This document shows positions 60,409 to 64,000 of a stretch of 64,000 nt of DNA, one piece after another (the first letter of the stretch is position 1; every line of letters starts with the position of its first letter). Source of the stretch: a virus; IMG/VR virus record IMGVR_UViG_3300036790_000500, positions 1-64,000 of that record; one strand, written 5' to 3'. A program made the translations under genes and the position numbers. The notes under the pieces were generated by a model. It was not told where the DNA came from. It saw only the letters and a list, made by a program, of their open reading frames with translations, and did not search any database.

Positions 60409-61926
60409 ATGCCCCTCTCCAGCGTCACCCGGGACGCCCTCGGCGGCTGGTACTTTCCGTCGGGCTCGACCGAGTGGGCGACCCTGCTCGCCGGGTCCGG
60501 CCTCGGGCTGCCGGTCTCCGTCTGGTCGCTCCAGGAGAGGTCCGGCGGCGTCTTCGGCGACAGCGTGCAGGGGAACGGGAACAACGACCTCGTCGTCGGT
60601 ACCTCGACGGCGGAGTACGTCCCTGGATGGTCTCGCATCGGCATCATTCCCAGCTTCAGCAACACCACCAATCCGAACCTGAATATCGCGGTCAGCAGCT
60701 CACTGCTCCTCACGGTCGTGAGGCCGAGGGCCCTCCAGACTGCCTCTACCGGGACCGTCGTTGGCCTCGGGGTCAATACCTCGTATCGGGCCATTGCCTT
60801 TACCGGCGAGGTCGGCGTACAGCCGGGTCACACCGGTTCCTGGATGTACGCCACCATCGACGGCTCGGCCCAGCCCACCGGGTCTCTGCCTGTCACGTCG
60901 GGCCAGGTCTATCTCGTCGCTCTGCGTGTCAACCTGACGGCCGGCTCGACCGGACTCGTCACCGAGTACGAGACGATAACCCAGACGCCGTACACGGTCC
61001 CTCCGAACACGGGCGCCGGAATACTCTGGGGAGCGGCGTTGACGAATACCGCGAACGTCGACTTCCTCTACGGCGCCCTCTGGCAGGGCCCCACGGCGGA
61101 GATGACGGACACGCAGGTCCAGTCGCTCTTCAACCTGATGAAGTACGGGACGGTGGCCCGCGGCGTCACCCAGGACACGACCTCGGGCTGGCGCGCCCCG
61201 CGGGACCCCACCGAGTGGGCCCTGCTGCTCACCGGCTCCGGCGTTCCCGTCCCGAGCGCGGCCTACAACATGACCGAGACGAGCAGTCCGACGGCGGACA
61301 ACGTGGGCCAGGACATGTTCTACAGCGACCACCTGACCGCCGGCACCGTCGGCGTCGGCGGGACGTTCCCCGGTTGGTCGCGACCGGGATTCCAGACGTA
61401 CGACGGCGGCGCGTACGGTGTGCAGACCGCGAACACCCTGACGGGCGCCTCCCGGGCCGTCCTCATGTACTACGGCATCAGCGGCTCCGCCGAGCTGCTC
61501 AACATGCTCAACTACATGGGCAACGGCCTCGACGTCTCCCTCGTCTCGGGGAGCATCTACGCCGTCGGCGGAAACCGAGTGGGGACCGGCGTGCGGGGGT
61601 CCGTCCCCGCGGCGTTGCCCAGCGTTCGGCCCTTCCTCTACGTCGTCAACGACACGGCCGGCACCAACAAGTACTACTCGACCGTCGAGAGCGTGGTCGG
61701 CTCGGCCGGCATCGTCGACGCGAACACCATCACCCTCGGCTCGAACGTCAGTTCCCAGCCGGCCCCCTCCGGCACGCTCCTCTACGCCGCCGTCTGGACC
61801 GGCAGTTACGCGGAGATGACGGACACCCAGGCGGCGACCCTGCTGCGGCTGGCGCAGTTCGGCACGCTGTCGAGCGGGTCGGCGGTGGCGCGCAATCTCC
61901 TCATGCTCATGGGTTACGGGAGTTGA
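60409..61926 (+). CDS. virion protein built from two tandem homologous domains
   Basis: VT.D...GW..P...EW..LL.GSG, PGWSR and LY.A.W.G..AEMTDTQ each occur twice. Confidence 0.78.
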   Translation: MPLSSVTRDALGGWYFPSGSTEWATLLAGSGLGLPVSVWSLQERSGGVFGDSVQGNGNNDLVVGTSTAEYVPGWSRIGIIPSFSNTTNPNLNIAVSSSLLLTVVRPRALQTASTGTVVGLGVNTSYRAIAFTGEVGVQPGHTGSWMYATIDGSAQPTGSLPVTSGQVYLVALRVNLTAGSTGLVTEYETITQTPYTVPPNTGAGILWGAALTNTANVDFLYGALWQGPTAEMTDTQVQSLFNLMKYGTVARGVTQDTTSGWRAPRDPTEWALLLTGSGVPVPSAAYNMTETSSPTADNVGQDMFYSDHLTAGTVGVGGTFPGWSRPGFQTYDGGAYGVQTANTLTGASRAVLMYYGISGSAELLNMLNYMGNGLDVSLVSGSIYAVGGNRVGTGVRGSVPAALPSVRPFLYVVNDTAGTNKYYSTVESVVGSAGIVDANTITLGSNVSSQPAPSGTLLYAAVWTGSYAEMTDTQAATLLRLAQFGTLSSGSAVARNLLMLMGYGS

Positions 61927-61929
61927 TGG

Positions 61930-62247
61930 ATGGCGCTCGGCGGCATCATCATTTACATCCAGAACCTGCAGGACGCGACGCCTCCTGCGCCTCCCGTAGT
62001 CCCGTCTCGGCTCTTTAATCGCAGAAATTGGCTCTATCGTCCGAGACGCGGAATGATGGTGTCTGGGCGTCAGCCAGCGAGTGTGCCGACCGGCATGTTC
62101 ATTGGCTCCGCCGCAGTCACGCGGACACGATGCACGCCGCTGAAGAAAACGTTCGTGATTACGACCACAGACAGCCTAGACATCGGTGGCGACGTGATGA
62201 CCTCGGCCGTCGGTCCGAGCGGTTGCATCTCAAGGTCCGGTCCCTAA
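61930..62247 (+). CDS. hypothetical protein
   Basis: In structural operon. Confidence 0.55.
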   Translation: MALGGIIIYIQNLQDATPPAPPVVPSRLFNRRNWLYRPRRGMMVSGRQPASVPTGMFIGSAAVTRTRCTPLKKTFVITTTDSLDIGGDVMTSAVGPSGCISRSGP

Positions 62248-62249
62248 CA

Positions 62250-64000
62250 ATGAGACTCAGTAAGACCGTCTTCACATCATCGATTTACCTTGATGGAGCA
62301 ATTTCCACGGGACGTCGATACGAGGTCGCGAAGTACAACGCTAAACTCCTCGGCCTATCTGCGAATTCGATTGGAATTCCTCCGGGTCCATCGACCGTGG
62401 TCGTCGATGCCGTGTCGACAGGCACGCTGACGAGCCCCTCGTGGACCCATGCGTCGGTCGGCTTCAACCAAGCGTTCGTTGGGATGTCGCTCTCGGCCAG
62501 TTTCTACGAGGCGAAGGAACTCAACTACTACTTCTCCGGTACCGAGGTCCTGGAGCAGACCCCTGCTCCAGTGAGCGCCCAACTCTATTACTCGAAGCAG
62601 ACCAAACTTCAGACAATCATCATCAAGCACACGGCGTCGTTCCTTGACACAGTTGTTCCGGTCGGCTCCCAGTTTTCCGGCGTCTTCAACACGTACACTC
62701 CAAGAAGTTTTTTTCCAGGAACCGGAACGCTCTGTTATCCGAATACGAACCCGAACTTCGGGTTGCCCGATGTCATCGGACCCACGAAGTTCTTCCTTAA
62801 CGTGCCGCAGTCAGGCAAACTGGTCGACATTAAGGTCTGGATTGAGTTCGTTCAGGCGAGTGCTTCGGGGCTTATCGGAAACTCTCCGCTCGCTAACGTG
62901 GCCATCTCGCTTCGCAGTCCGAACGTGAGTTGGAACGGCGCTCTCGGTTTTGGCCACGCGCATCCCATTCTGAACAATTCGACGCTCATAAACCAAATCG
63001 GTAATTTAAACGGGGTTGTCTTTCCTAACGCTGAACTCTATGCGAATTCGTTTCTGCTGTGGGAGGGAAGGAACCAGACCCCCTCGGCTCCCTTCGGTCT
63101 TATAAACTGGCCGGGCGGCGGCCGCGTCTCAGACCTTCCGACATGGGATTACGACCGCGGAATGCGCGTCGTCTTCTCCGATGGAGGGATTAACAATCCG
63201 CGACGACTAACTCTTGATGTCTCCACTTCAGGAAACTTCGTTGGTTCGCCGAACTCATCCGGAAGCACTGTGACCGGCAGCGCGTGGGGCGCCGGTGTCC
63301 CCTGGACGTCTGATGTGACCGCCGTATCCGCTAGTCACACCGCCTCGGGCTCACCGCCACCCGGCTGGCTGACGGGACCGGGCGGAGTCGCGAGCGTCAA
63401 TGAGTGGCCGACGACGGGAGTCAATTACGGTGCGAACTACCTGCAACCGGTGTACCCGCTTCTTGACCCCATTCTCGTGAAAAAGAGAATGACGGGAGTA
63501 GGATTCTCGTATGATGACACCGGAAATTACGCAAATCCCCAGGTTTCCATGGCTCAAATTCCGACGCCGTCGGCGTGGCTGGGTGCTCGCCCCGGGCTAA
63601 GGGGTTCAGAAATTAGCGGCACTTGGGTGTTGATGTTTTCCGAGATTGGCTATGCATGGTACGATGGAAATTGGGCCGCCACAGGAACGATTTTCTTCCG
63701 TCAGGCTCGCCTCGAGATTACGTACGAGACACCGCAGTGGACGGCCCCGGCACGCGTTAGACGCACCAGTGCCGGAGCCCAAGCGATTGGAGAAACGTCG
63801 TATAAGTACGAAATCTCTGGGACTGACACGATTTGCTGTAATTTTTTTGACTTGCAATACGAATATCCGTTTAATCCGATTGGCGGCTACTTTACCAGTA
63901 AGACCGTGACGGAGGTCTGGGTGAATCCGCCGCCGCTGGCTCAGGTCGGGCGAACGTTCGGGGTCACATACAACACTGGGTCTACAGGCGCCGGCGCGAA
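62250..64000 (+). CDS. large tail/virion protein, truncated by the window end (P-domain-like segment)
   Basis: Frame from MRLSKTVF; GKLVDIKVWIEF...ISLRSP; absent from the ORF track, consistent with no stop in the window. Confidence 0.75.
   Translation, partial: MRLSKTVFTSSIYLDGAISTGRRYEVAKYNAKLLGLSANSIGIPPGPSTVVVDAVSTGTLTSPSWTHASVGFNQAFVGMSLSASFYEAKELNYYFSGTEVLEQTPAPVSAQLYYSKQTKLQTIIIKHTASFLDTVVPVGSQFSGVFNTYTPRSFFPGTGTLCYPNTNPNFGLPDVIGPTKFFLNVPQSGKLVDIKVWIEFVQASASGLIGNSPLANVAISLRSPNVSWNGALGFGHAHPILNNSTLINQIGNLNGVVFPNAELYANSFLLWEGRNQTPSAPFGLINWPGGGRVSDLPTWDYDRGMRVVFSDGGINNPRRLTLDVSTSGNFVGSPNSSGSTVTGSAWGAGVPWTSDVTAVSASHTASGSPPPGWLTGPGGVASVNEWPTTGVNYGANYLQPVYPLLDPILVKKRMTGVGFSYDDTGNYANPQVSMAQIPTPSAWLGARPGLRGSEISGTWVLMFSEIGYAWYDGNWAATGTIFFRQARLEITYETPQWTAPARVRRTSAGAQAIGETSYKYEISGTDTICCNFFDLQYEYPFNPIGGYFTSKTVTEVWVNPPPLAQVGRTFGVTYNTGSTGAGA

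Noticed and set aside
60474-62018. 514-aa alternative-frame ORF
   Set aside because: Arg-rich shadow of 60409..61926 caused by high third-position GC.

Overview
This is a 64-kb segment of a large, GC-rich tailed phage genome with myovirus-like baseplate genes. A myxobacterial (Myxococcota) host is inferred from Cys-rich lipoproteins. (1) 1-11.5 kb: a leftward block of about 30 small early-type genes. Eleven are preceded by a conserved, covarying hairpin that buries the Shine-Dalgarno sequence. The block also encodes a dsRBD-less RNase III and a tRNA-scaffolded small RNA. (2) About 11.56-11.77 kb: an extremely AT-rich repeat tract at the strand switch. (3) 12-21.8 kb: DNA/RNA repair genes (minimal Pol X, Fpg/Nei, MBD4-like glycosylase, nucleotidyltransferase plus cyclic-phosphate receiver, YkuK-like RNase H), many apparently leaderless, and a 6S-like RNA. 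(4) 21.8-28 kb: about 36 tRNA genes covering all 20 amino acids. They are interleaved with an HNH endonuclease and several non-canonical RNAs: a sarcin-ricin-loop mimic on a tRNA scaffold, a permuted/YrlA-like tRNA mimic, a D-arm-rearranged tRNA and unknown structured RNAs. (5) 30-50 kb: a glycosylation cluster of about 20 genes (GT4/GT9/GT2, pentose-phosphate and ADP-heptose enzymes, B12 radical SAM). (6) 50.7-64 kb: a sigma-like factor and baseplate/tail genes. All calls were made by eye from motifs; no searches or folding programs were run.
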